Below are positions 1-9,186 of a stretch of DNA of 32,000 nt, in pieces. The stretch is taken from positions 240,001-272,000 of the forward strand of contig NZ_CP059216.1 of NCBI RefSeq assembly GCF_014252315.1, written 5' to 3'. The notes beneath the pieces were generated by a model. The model was not told where the DNA came from. It ran no database searches and saw only the letters and a program-made list of their open reading frames with translations. A program made the position numbers and the translations under genes. How positions within the stretch are numbered: the stretch's first letter is position 1; each line of letters starts with the position of its first letter. The DNA comes from Candidatus Saccharimonadota bacterium. GTDB lineage: Bacteria > Bacteroidota > Bacteroidia > Flavobacteriales > Blattabacteriaceae.

Positions 1-664
1 AAAAAAAAAATTAAGTTATGGATTTTATTTAGATAAAAATTATAATCTTTGTTATAAAGAAAAAAAACATTATAATACATATTATAAAATTAGGGATATT
101 TATTTATTTAATAACAATATATATAATATTATGGCTGCATTAATTGTATCTAAAATATTAGATGTTGACAACCGAATAGTTAATTCTGTTCTTAAAATTC
201 CTCAAACAATAGAACATAGAATGGAAAAAATTCCATATGTTATTAATGGGGTTAAATTTATTAATGATTCTAAATCTACTAATATAGGATCAGTATTTTT
301 TGCATTAAAAAATACTAATAATCCTATTATATGGATAGCAGGAGGAATTGATAAAGGAAATAATTATGAAGAAATTATTTCTGTTGTAAAAAAAAAAGTT
401 AAAGCTATAATTTGCTTAGGAGTAAATAATTTAAAAATTTATTGTTTTTTTAAAAATATTGTTCCTATTATAATTAAAACAAATAATATGAAAAAAGCAG
501 TTTATATTTCTTATAAATTATCAAATCCAGGTGATAATATATTATTATCTCCTGCTTGTTCTAGTTTTGATCTTTTTAAAAATTATGTGGAAAGAGGAAA
601 CAAATTTAAAGAAGAAATAAAAAATCTTTTTTATTCTAAAAAAAATGAAAAAAATAGATATTAA
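1..664 (+). CDS. murD: UDP-N-acetylmuramoylalanine--D-glutamate ligase MurD, C-terminal part (5' end outside the window)
   Basis: The frame starting at nt 2 is open from the window edge through the ORF-track Met at 131 to TAA at 662-664. It contains the Mur-ligase C-terminal motifs 'FINDSKSTN' and 'IWIAGGIDKG'. It sits directly upstream of ftsW-murG-murC, as in dcw clusters. Confidence 0.85.
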   Translation, partial: KKKLSYGFYLDKNYNLCYKEKKHYNTYYKIRDIYLFNNNIYNIMAALIVSKILDVDNRIVNSVLKIPQTIEHRMEKIPYVINGVKFINDSKSTNIGSVFFALKNTNNPIIWIAGGIDKGNNYEEIISVVKKKVKAIICLGVNNLKIYCFFKNIVPIIIKTNNMKKAVYISYKLSNPGDNILLSPACSSFDLFKNYVERGNKFKEEIKNLFYSKKNEKNRY

Positions 665-1811
665 CAAATATATAAAAGGAGATAAACATTTATGGATTTT
701 TATTTCTTTATTATCAATATTTTCTTTTTTTTCTGCTTATACTATAAGTAGTAGTTTAGTTATTTTTTACGAAAGAGGATTCTTTAGTATATTTTGTTTT
801 CTTTTTAAACATTTTTTTTTATTATTTACAGGATTTATTATACTTTTTACTACTCAGTTTATAAATTATAAATTTTTCTACAAAATGTCAAAATTTTTTC
901 TTCCAGTAGTATTACCAGTAGTATTACTTATATTATTATTTATGACAGTAATTAGAGGAGAAAAAATGATTGGAATAAATATATTTAAATTTATATATAT
1001 TCCTATTATTGATAAATCTTTTCAAATTTATAATATAGCAAGTTTATTTTTATTTATTTATTGCGCTAGATATTTAACAGATAAAAAAAACGATAAAATT
1101 GAATTAATAAATTCTTTCATTCCACTTTTATTTCCTATATTTCTAGTTATACTACTTGTATCACCTTACAGTAGATATAATGCTATTATTATTTTTATTT
1201 CAATTTTAATTTTCCTTTTTATAGGAAGATATCCTATTATTAATCTTATAGGTATGTTTTTAATTGGTATATTATTTTCAGTAATATATATACTTTTTTT
1301 TATACATTGTAATGAAAAATATAATATTGACGTTGATGAAAATATGTGGAAAAATAATATAGAAAAATTTTCTTTTGAAGAAGAAAATTATAAAATAATA
1401 AAATCAAAATTCAATAATAAAATTGTTAAAAATTCAGAAAATGATATACTAAAAAATTTTTTACCAGAATCTTATTCTGATTTTATTTATCCTATTATAA
1501 TAGAAAAATATGGATTTTTTGGTGGTATTATATTATTATTTATTTATTTACTTATTCTGTTTAGAATTATAATAATTGCAACAAAAGTACAAAATTATTT
1601 TTGTACATTATTAGTGTTTGCAGTTGGATTCCCCATTATTATTCAAGCATTATTTAATATGGGATTATCTGTAGGAATATTACCATTTACTGGACAAAAT
1701 CTACCATTAATTAGTACAGAATGTATTTCTATTTGGATAACATTTTTTAGTTTTGGAATTATATTAAGTATTAGTAGAATGATATATGAAAAATCTAAAT
1801 TAAAATTTTAA
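645..1811 (+). CDS. ftsW: SEDS-family lipid II polymerase/flippase FtsW (divergent)
   Basis: 388-aa polytopic membrane protein between murD and murG. It keeps 'LPESYSDFIYPIIIEKYGFFGG' (cf. LPExHTDFIF..E.G) and 'GILPFTGQNLPLIS'. It overlaps murD by 20 nt, and its TAA shares one base with the murG ATG. Confidence 0.8.
   Translation: MKKIDINKYIKGDKHLWIFISLLSIFSFFSAYTISSSLVIFYERGFFSIFCFLFKHFFLLFTGFIILFTTQFINYKFFYKMSKFFLPVVLPVVLLILLFMTVIRGEKMIGINIFKFIYIPIIDKSFQIYNIASLFLFIYCARYLTDKKNDKIELINSFIPLLFPIFLVILLVSPYSRYNAIIIFISILIFLFIGRYPIINLIGMFLIGILFSVIYILFFIHCNEKYNIDVDENMWKNNIEKFSFEEENYKIIKSKFNNKIVKNSENDILKNFLPESYSDFIYPIIIEKYGFFGGIILLFIYLLILFRIIIIATKVQNYFCTLLVFAVGFPIIIQALFNMGLSVGILPFTGQNLPLISTECISIWITFFSFGIILSISRMIYEKSKLKF
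903..926 (+). repeat. Perfect 12-bp tandem duplication (CCAGTAGTATTA x2) inside ftsW, in frame (PVVL-PVVL)
   Basis: Read directly: nt 903-914 are identical to nt 915-926. The translation shows 'LPVVLPVVLL'. Confidence 0.95.
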
Positions 1812-2905
1812 TGTTTCCTAAAATAATTATTGGTAGTGGAGGGACTGGAGGCCATATATTTACAGGTATAGCTATAGCAAATGAATTAAAAAAACAAATA
1901 CCAAAATCTGACATTTTATTTATAGGATCTAAAAATCATATGGAAATGAAAAAAATTCCTAAGTCAGGATATATTATAAAAGGCTTATCCTTATCAGGAG
2001 GAAGAAATAAATTGTACTCTATATATTCAGTATTTGTTTTATTTACACAATTAATTAATAGCTTTTTATTAGCAAATAAAATTATAAAAAATTTTTCTCC
2101 TAATATAGTTATTGGTACTGGAGGTTTTGTTAGTTTTCCTACTTTATGTGCTGCAAAAAATAATAAAATTCCTATACTAATACAAGAACAAAATTCTTTT
2201 CCTGGATTAACAAATAGAATATTTTCTCGTTATGCTAAAAAAATATGTGTTGCTTATGAACAAACAAGAAAATTTTTTCCAGAAAAAAAAACTATTATAA
2301 CTGGTAATCCAGTTCGTTCTAATATTTTAGATCTTCCTAGTAAAAAAAATGCGTGTATTAATTTAGGATTAAAAATTAATAAACCAATTATTTTATCTAT
2401 GGGAGGGAGTCAAGGAGATAACTTTATAAATAAAGTATGGATTAAAAGTGGATTAAAAAAATTAATTCATATGGATTTACAACTTATATGGCAAATAGGA
2501 AATTTTGATATAATAAAAGAAAATAAAATATCAAAACATCCTAATTTAGTTATAATGGATTTTATTGATGATATATCTATATGTTATGCAGCAGCAGATA
2601 TTATTGTTTCTAGAGCAGGTGCTTTAACAATATCTGAAACATGTTTAATAGGTAAGCCTCATATATTAGTTCCTCTTCCTCATTCATTAGATGATCACCA
2701 AAACAAAAACGCAAAAATATTAGAAGAAAAAAATGCTGCTATAATAATTAAAAATGAAGAATTAGAATGTAAATTAATAGATTCAATTACAAAATTGGTT
2801 AATAATATTAGTATAAGAAAAACAATGAAAAAAAATATGTTAAAATTAGGTAAACCTAATGCTACTAATGATATAACTAAAGAAATATTAAGAATTATTC
2901 TATGA
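1811..2905 (+). CDS. murG: UDP-N-acetylglucosamine--N-acetylmuramyl-(pentapeptide) pyrophosphoryl-undecaprenol GlcNAc transferase MurG
   Basis: Contains 'GSGGTGGHIFTG', 'GGSQGD', 'SRAGALTISE' and 'DDHQNKNA'. It overlaps murC through ATGA. Confidence 0.93.
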   Translation: MFPKIIIGSGGTGGHIFTGIAIANELKKQIPKSDILFIGSKNHMEMKKIPKSGYIIKGLSLSGGRNKLYSIYSVFVLFTQLINSFLLANKIIKNFSPNIVIGTGGFVSFPTLCAAKNNKIPILIQEQNSFPGLTNRIFSRYAKKICVAYEQTRKFFPEKKTIITGNPVRSNILDLPSKKNACINLGLKINKPIILSMGGSQGDNFINKVWIKSGLKKLIHMDLQLIWQIGNFDIIKENKISKHPNLVIMDFIDDISICYAAADIIVSRAGALTISETCLIGKPHILVPLPHSLDDHQNKNAKILEEKNAAIIIKNEELECKLIDSITKLVNNISIRKTMKKNMLKLGKPNATNDITKEILRIIL

Positions 2906-4308
2906 ATTATGTAAACTTAAATAAAATAAAATTCTTTTATTTTTTAGGAATAGGTGGTATAGGAATGAGTTCATTAGCTAGATATTTTAATTCTATAGGA
3001 AAAATAGTTCATGGATATGATAAAAATAAAACACATATAACAAAAGATTTAGAAAATGAAGGTATAATAATTAATTATTATGATAATATAAAATTTATTC
3101 CACATTGGATAAATTCTGAAAAATGTTTAATTGTTTATACTATTGCTATTCCAAATAATAATAATCAATGGAATTTTATAAAAAAAAATGGAAAAAATAT
3201 AAAAAAAAGATCTCAAGTTCTTGCTATGATCACAAAAAACAATATTAGTATTGCTATAGGTGGTGCTCATGGAAAAACTACTACTTGTACATTATTAGGA
3301 CATATTTTATATAATTCTGGAGTGAAAATTACGGCTTTTTTAGGAGGAATATCAAGAAATTATAGATCTAATTTTATATCAAGTGGAAAAGATTTTTTTC
3401 TAACAGAAGCTGATGAATTTAATCATTCTTTTTTATATTTGTCTCCAAATATAGTTTGTATTACTTCTATAGATCAAGATCATATAGATACTTATTCTAA
3501 TAAAATAAAATTAGAAAATGCTTATATGAGTTTTTTAAAAAAAATTAAAAATCCATATAAAAAAATTTTCTTATGTAAAGAAGATTCTTTTTTACCTAAA
3601 TGTAAAAATGCAATTTATTATTCATTAATAGAAAAAAAAGAATATTATACAGACAACATTATTACAAAAAATAATGTATGGTATTTTGATTTTCATACTC
3701 CTAAAGACGTTTGGAAATCTATGGTATTACTTATGCCAGGATTTCATAATATAAAAAATGCTACAGCTGCTTTATCTATAGCTGATTATTTAAACATTAG
3801 TCAAGATAAAATAAGAAAATCATTATTATTATTTAAGGGTATAGAAAGAAGATATACTATTCATTATCAATCTAATAACAATAATAAATTATTTATTGAC
3901 GATTATGCACATCATCCTACAGAAATAGATAATTTAATTATAACTGTAAGAAAATGTTTTCATAGAAAAAAAATATTAGGTATTTTTCAACCTCATTTAT
4001 TCAGCAGAACGAAATATTTTGAATATTATTTTGCAAAAGTACTAGAAAAATTAGATTTTTTAATTTTGTTGGAAATATATCCAGCTAGAGAATCTAAAAA
4101 AAATTATGATAATATTAGCTCACATACACTAATAAAAAAAATAAAAATGAAATCTAAAAATAAAGAGATAGCATCAATTTCTAACGTAATAGAAATAATT
4201 AATAAAAAACAATTTAATTTTGATATTATTCTTACAATAGGAGCAGGAAATATAGATACTTTAATTATTCCAATAAAAAAATGGTTATATGAAAAATATG
4301 GGAAATAA
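2902..4308 (+). CDS. murC: UDP-N-acetylmuramate--L-alanine ligase MurC
   Basis: Contains 'GIGGIGMSSLARYF', the P-loop-like 'GGAHGKTTT' and 'DDYAHHPTEI'. The 468-aa length is typical. Confidence 0.93.
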   Translation: MNYVNLNKIKFFYFLGIGGIGMSSLARYFNSIGKIVHGYDKNKTHITKDLENEGIIINYYDNIKFIPHWINSEKCLIVYTIAIPNNNNQWNFIKKNGKNIKKRSQVLAMITKNNISIAIGGAHGKTTTCTLLGHILYNSGVKITAFLGGISRNYRSNFISSGKDFFLTEADEFNHSFLYLSPNIVCITSIDQDHIDTYSNKIKLENAYMSFLKKIKNPYKKIFLCKEDSFLPKCKNAIYYSLIEKKEYYTDNIITKNNVWYFDFHTPKDVWKSMVLLMPGFHNIKNATAALSIADYLNISQDKIRKSLLLFKGIERRYTIHYQSNNNNKLFIDDYAHHPTEIDNLIITVRKCFHRKKILGIFQPHLFSRTKYFEYYFAKVLEKLDFLILLEIYPARESKKNYDNISSHTLIKKIKMKSKNKEIASISNVIEIINKKQFNFDIILTIGAGNIDTLIIPIKKWLYEKYGK

Positions 4309-4984
4309 ATATGAAAAATATTTTATTTTTATTACATTATTATATCTAATGTTCATGACTTTACTTATTTATTCATCTCAAAAAGAACATAATAACAGGC
4401 CACTTAAAAATGTTATTATATCAATATATCCATCTAAAAATGAAAAGATAAATCGATTATATAGTAATATTATTAAAAAGGCTATATTTCAAAATATAGG
4501 AAATTCTATAAAAAATAGAAATCAATTATGTTTATCAAAAATAGAAAATAAACTCGATAATATTCCATTTATAAAAAAATCTCAAGTTTTTGTTGGAATA
4601 AATGGAGATCTTAATGCTACTATAAATATTTCTTATAATAATCCAATATTAAAAATTATTGAAGGAAGTAAAATATATTATCTGGATGAGAATGCAAATT
4701 ATTCTGATATATGTTTTAATTATATTCCTGGTTCATACAAATTAATATCTGCAAAAGGATATTTCTCAAAAGGAGAGATAAAAAATTTATTAAAATTAGT
4801 TAAAATTATTAATCATGATAAGTTTTTAAAAAATTACATTGTAGATATAGAAAAAAATGGAATAAATAAAATTATTTTTAACACAAAAACAGTAAAATAT
4901 TTTTCTACATTAGAATGTAATTATAAAAACATGGAAAATAAATTAAATATATTAAAAATATTTCATCAACAATATGTTTTATAG
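4289..4984 (+). CDS. ftsQ: Cell division protein FtsQ (weakly conserved)
   Basis: It occupies the position between murC and ftsA. It has a single N-terminal TM helix (FIFITLLYLMFMTLLIY) followed by a ~200-aa periplasmic region of FtsQ/POTRA-like size. Sequence similarity itself is weak. The exact start is uncertain (Met codons at 4289 and 4298). Confidence 0.6.
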   Translation: MKNMGNKYEKYFIFITLLYLMFMTLLIYSSQKEHNNRPLKNVIISIYPSKNEKINRLYSNIIKKAIFQNIGNSIKNRNQLCLSKIENKLDNIPFIKKSQVFVGINGDLNATINISYNNPILKIIEGSKIYYLDENANYSDICFNYIPGSYKLISAKGYFSKGEIKNLLKLVKIINHDKFLKNYIVDIEKNGINKIIFNTKTVKYFSTLECNYKNMENKLNILKIFHQQYVL

Positions 4985-5023
4985 AAAAAAAATCCAGTAG
5001 TAATATAAAAAAATATAATTTAC

Positions 5024-6400
5024 ATGGAATATCAAGATATAGCTATAGGATTAGATGTAGGAACAACAAAAATTGTAGCTATGGTAGGAAGAAGAAATGA
5101 ATATAACAAAATTGAGGTTTTAGGTATAGGTAGATCTAAGAGTATAGGTGTTCATAGAGGAGTAGTAAATAATATAACTCAAACAATTGATGCTATTAGA
5201 GAAGCTGTATCTGAAGCTGAACATAGTTCAGGATTAAAAATAAAAGAAGTAATTGTTGGAATAGCAGGGCAACATATTCGAAGTTTACAACATAATGATT
5301 ACATTACTAGATTAGATTTTGAAAATGTTATTAATCAAAAAGATATACAAAAATTAATAGATCAAGTACATAAATTAGTAATGCTTCCTGGAGAAGAAAT
5401 TATTCACGTTCTTCCACAAGAATATAAAGTTGATAGTCAATCAGAAATAGGAGAACCAATAGGAATGTATGGAAGTCGTTTAGAAGCAAATTTTCATGTT
5501 GTAGTAGGACAAATATCTTCAATTAGAAATATCGGAAGATGTGTTAAAGCTGCTGGATTAAATCTATCAGGAATGACATTGGAACCTATAGCTTCAGCAG
5601 AAGCTGTTTTAAATAGAGAAGAAAGAGAAGCTGGAGTTGCTTTGGTAGATATAGGAGGAGGAACAACTGATGTTGCTATATTTAAAGATGATATTATTCG
5701 TCATACTGCAGTTATTCCATTTGGTGGTAATGTAATTACTGAAAATATTAAAACGGATTGTTTAATTATTGAAAGACAAGCAGAATCATTAAAAATAAAG
5801 TTTGGATCAGCTTGGCCTGGAGAAAATAAAGAAACTGAAATTGTTTGTATTCCAGGATTAAGAGGAAGAGATCCTAAAGAAATATCTATAAAACATTTAT
5901 CTCAAATTATACATACAAGAGTATGTGAAATTTTAGAATATGTTAATATAGAAATTAATCATTATGGAAATGAAGAAAAAAAAAAAAGATTGATTGCAGG
6001 ATTAGTTATGACAGGAGGAGGGTCGCAATTAAAACACATTCGTCCTTTAACTGAATATATTACAGGAATGGATGTTAGAATTGGTTATTCTAATGAACAT
6101 ATAGCAGGTGGAGAAAATGGTTTTATAAGTAATCCAGAATATGCTACATCAATAGGATTAGTTATTAAAGGATTAGATGATAAGAAAAAATATTTATGTA
6201 CATCAGATATAGGATATAAATTAGAAAATAATAAAGAATTATTTTCTACAAAACTTTATAATAATGATAATGATTATTATTCATATGAAAATAGATTAGA
6301 TAAATTATCAAATAATTCTTTAAAAAAAAGAAAAAAAACAAAATCTTTTTTGGAAATTTGGGCAGATAAATTTCGTAAAATATTGAATGATACAGAATAA
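5024..6400 (+). CDS. ftsA: Cell division protein FtsA
   Basis: Actin-like ATPase motifs 'IGLDVGTTKIVAMVG', 'ALVDIGGGTTDVAIF' and 'LVMTGGGSQL'. The C-terminal amphipathic segment 'SFLEIWADKFRKIL' fits a membrane-targeting helix. Confidence 0.95.
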   Translation: MEYQDIAIGLDVGTTKIVAMVGRRNEYNKIEVLGIGRSKSIGVHRGVVNNITQTIDAIREAVSEAEHSSGLKIKEVIVGIAGQHIRSLQHNDYITRLDFENVINQKDIQKLIDQVHKLVMLPGEEIIHVLPQEYKVDSQSEIGEPIGMYGSRLEANFHVVVGQISSIRNIGRCVKAAGLNLSGMTLEPIASAEAVLNREEREAGVALVDIGGGTTDVAIFKDDIIRHTAVIPFGGNVITENIKTDCLIIERQAESLKIKFGSAWPGENKETEIVCIPGLRGRDPKEISIKHLSQIIHTRVCEILEYVNIEINHYGNEEKKKRLIAGLVMTGGGSQLKHIRPLTEYITGMDVRIGYSNEHIAGGENGFISNPEYATSIGLVIKGLDDKKKYLCTSDIGYKLENNKELFSTKLYNNDNDYYSYENRLDKLSNNSLKKRKKTKSFLEIWADKFRKILNDTE

Positions 6401-6406
6401 AAAATA

Positions 6407-7759
6407 ATGAAACAAGAAGATTTACAAAAAAAAAATAAAATACAATTTGGATTTTCTAATAATCGTTCAGCTGCAATAAAAGTAATTGGAGTAGGAGGTG
6501 GAGGAAGTAATGCTTTAAGTTATATGTTTGAACAAGGTATTAATGGTGTAGATTTTATAGCATGTAACACAGATGCACAAGCTCTAAATAATAATATTGT
6601 TCCTACAAAAATACAATTAGGAGCTTCTATAACAGAAGGGTTAGGAGCTGGAGCCGATCCAGAAGTAGGAGAAAAAGCTGCATTAGAGAGTTTAGAAGAA
6701 ATAAAAAGTGTATTGGATTCCAATACTAAAATGACATTTATAACTGCAGGAATGGGTGGTGGGACAGGAACAGGCGCTGCACCAGTTATTGCAGGAATTT
6801 CTAAAGAAAAAGGAATCCTAACTGTAGGAATTGTTACTATTCCATTTCATTTTGAAGGAAAAATGAGATTACAACAAGCTCAAAAAGGAATAGAATCATT
6901 AAGAAAAAATGTAGATTCTTTAATTGTTATAAATAATGATAAATTAAGGGAATTATATGGTAATCTTGGATTTAAAGCTGGCTTTGCTAAAGCAGATGAA
7001 GTTTTAACTACTGCAGCTAAAGGAATTGCAGAAGTAATAACCCATCATTATAAACAAAATATAGATCTTAGAGATACAAGAACTGTACTTAAAGAAAGTG
7101 GAACAGCTGTTATGGGATCTGCGGTATCCGTAGGAGAAAATAGAGCAAAAGAAGCTGTTATTCAAGCTTTAGATTCTCCATTATTAAATGATAATAAAAT
7201 TACTGGAGCAAAAAACGTTCTTCTTCTTATTGTTTCTGGAAGAATTGAAATTACTATTGATGAAATAGGAGTTATAAGTGATTACATTCAATCAGAAGCA
7301 GGAAATAATGCAAATATTATTATGGGAATAGGAGAAGATGAAAAACTAGAGGAGAGTATTTCCGTTACTATAGTAGCTACAGGATTCCCTACAGAAGTAC
7401 AAAGAGCTATTAATCATGAAGAAAAAAAAGTTTTTCATAGATTAGAAGATCCTTATGAACAAAAATTACACAATAAAGAAGAAATTAGTTCTTTTTCTAG
7501 AAAAAAAGATTCGTATTTTTCTATAAAAAAATATTCAAAACCAAATATTACAAATAATTCAAAAATAAATTTTTCTTTTAATAAAAATGTTTTTGATAAA
7601 TCTATTAATTCAAAATCTAAAACATCCATATCTAATAAAGAAAAAAATAAATATTATTTAGATGATGAGAATTTTAATTCTCCTATATCTTTATATAAAA
7701 AAAATAAAAATAAAATTTTAAAAAAAAATATACATGAAAAAGAAAAAAATAAAGAATAG
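6407..7759 (+). CDS. ftsZ: Cell division GTPase FtsZ with a long K/N-rich C-terminal linker
   Basis: Contains 'IKVIGVGGGGSNA' and the tubulin signature 'GGGTGTGAAPV', plus 'NTDAQAL'. The globular core ends near 'IVATGFP' (~nt 7390). Confidence 0.97.
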   Translation: MKQEDLQKKNKIQFGFSNNRSAAIKVIGVGGGGSNALSYMFEQGINGVDFIACNTDAQALNNNIVPTKIQLGASITEGLGAGADPEVGEKAALESLEEIKSVLDSNTKMTFITAGMGGGTGTGAAPVIAGISKEKGILTVGIVTIPFHFEGKMRLQQAQKGIESLRKNVDSLIVINNDKLRELYGNLGFKAGFAKADEVLTTAAKGIAEVITHHYKQNIDLRDTRTVLKESGTAVMGSAVSVGENRAKEAVIQALDSPLLNDNKITGAKNVLLLIVSGRIEITIDEIGVISDYIQSEAGNNANIIMGIGEDEKLEESISVTIVATGFPTEVQRAINHEEKKVFHRLEDPYEQKLHNKEEISSFSRKKDSYFSIKKYSKPNITNNSKINFSFNKNVFDKSINSKSKTSISNKEKNKYYLDDENFNSPISLYKKNKNKILKKNIHEKEKNKE

Positions 7760-7779
7760 TATAATCTTATCATTATAAG

Positions 7780-9186
7780 ATGAAATTTTTAATTCCTAAA
7801 GGAACCAGAGATTTTTCTTCAATAGAAATACTTAATAGAAACTTTTTAATTAAAACTATTCAAAATGGATTTTTAAAATTTGGATTTTGTCCAATAGAAA
7901 CTCCTTCATTTGAAAATGTATCAACTTTTACTGGAAAATACGGAAAAGAAGGAGAATGTTTAATTTTTAAAATTATTAATTCTGGAAATTCTTTAAAAAA
8001 AGGATTATCAAACTTTACAAAAAAAAATATTAATAATATTGATGAATATTCTTTAATTAATCATATTTCTAATAAAGCACTTAGATATGATTTAACGGTT
8101 CCTTTTATAAGATACATTTCTACTAATAAAAATAAAATAATTTTTCCTTTTAGGAGATATCAAATACAACCTGTTTGGAGAGCTGAAAATCCACAAAAAG
8201 GAAGATTTAGAGAATTTTATCAATGCGATGCTGATATTATAACACCTATTAATTCTTCTTCTTTATGGGAAGAAGTAGAATTTTTTAAACTTTGTGATTT
8301 TATTTTTAATAAATTAAATATACCTACAATTATTTATATTAATCATATAGATATTTTAAAAGGATTAGCAGAATTATCAAATATAAAAAAAACTTTATGG
8401 AAAGATTTTATTAGATCATTAGATAAACTAGGTAAAATTGGAAAAGATTTAGTAAAAAAAGAAATGATACAAAAAGGAATTTCTTTAAAATCTATTAATA
8501 AAATAGAAACATTATTGAATATTAAAGGAAAATTCTTTGAAAAAAAAAATATATTAAACAAATTATTTAAATATTCTGTTAATGGAAAAAAAGGAATAAA
8601 AGATATTAATTTAATATATAAAACAATAAAAAATATTTCATTAAAAAAAACAGTAATAAAGTGGGATATTTCTTTATCTAGAGGTATAAATTATTATACA
8701 GATACAATATGGGAAATTGTTCCATTTTTTGACAAAAAAAAAAGTAATAATATGTTTTCTATTGGAGGTGGAGGTAGATATAATAAATTAACTAATTTAT
8801 TTGGAATAAAAAATTTTTCCGGTATTGGAACTTCATTTGGATTAGATAGAATTTATATAATTATGGAAGAAAAAAAATTATTTCATACAAATATACATAA
8901 TTTTTATCCTGCAAAAGTTATGTTTATAAATTTTGGATACGAAGAAACGTTACATGCATATAAAATAATAAACCATTTAAGAGAAATAGGAATTTCTACT
9001 CAATTATATCCAAATTCTATAAATATTAGTAAACAATTTAAATATGCCCATAATAACAATATTCCTTTTGTTATTATTATAGGAAAAAAAGAAATAGAAA
9101 AAAATAAAATAAAAATAAAAGATATTAAAAATAAAAAGGAAAAAGAGTTTGATAATATTAATGATTTAATTAATCAATTAAAATAA
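7780..9186 (+). CDS. hisS: Histidine--tRNA ligase
   Basis: Class II aaRS/HisRS motifs 'LRYDLTVPFIRY', 'RRYQIQPVWRAENPQKGRFREFYQCDADI' and 'GGGGRYNKL'. It has a C-terminal anticodon-binding-like domain. Confidence 0.93.
   Translation: MKFLIPKGTRDFSSIEILNRNFLIKTIQNGFLKFGFCPIETPSFENVSTFTGKYGKEGECLIFKIINSGNSLKKGLSNFTKKNINNIDEYSLINHISNKALRYDLTVPFIRYISTNKNKIIFPFRRYQIQPVWRAENPQKGRFREFYQCDADIITPINSSSLWEEVEFFKLCDFIFNKLNIPTIIYINHIDILKGLAELSNIKKTLWKDFIRSLDKLGKIGKDLVKKEMIQKGISLKSINKIETLLNIKGKFFEKKNILNKLFKYSVNGKKGIKDINLIYKTIKNISLKKTVIKWDISLSRGINYYTDTIWEIVPFFDKKKSNNMFSIGGGGRYNKLTNLFGIKNFSGIGTSFGLDRIYIIMEEKKLFHTNIHNFYPAKVMFINFGYEETLHAYKIINHLREIGISTQLYPNSINISKQFKYAHNNNIPFVIIIGKKEIEKNKIKIKDIKNKKEKEFDNINDLINQLK

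Noticed and set aside
6520-6723. 67-aa ORF antisense to ftsZ
   Set aside because: It lies entirely within the strongly supported ftsZ CDS on the opposite strand. It is a shadow of the relatively GC-richer GGGTGTG-encoding region, and it has no recognisable motifs or independent start context.
8343-8561. 72-aa ORF antisense to hisS
   Set aside because: It is embedded in hisS. The F/I/K/N-rich translation is what a chance open frame looks like in AT-rich DNA.
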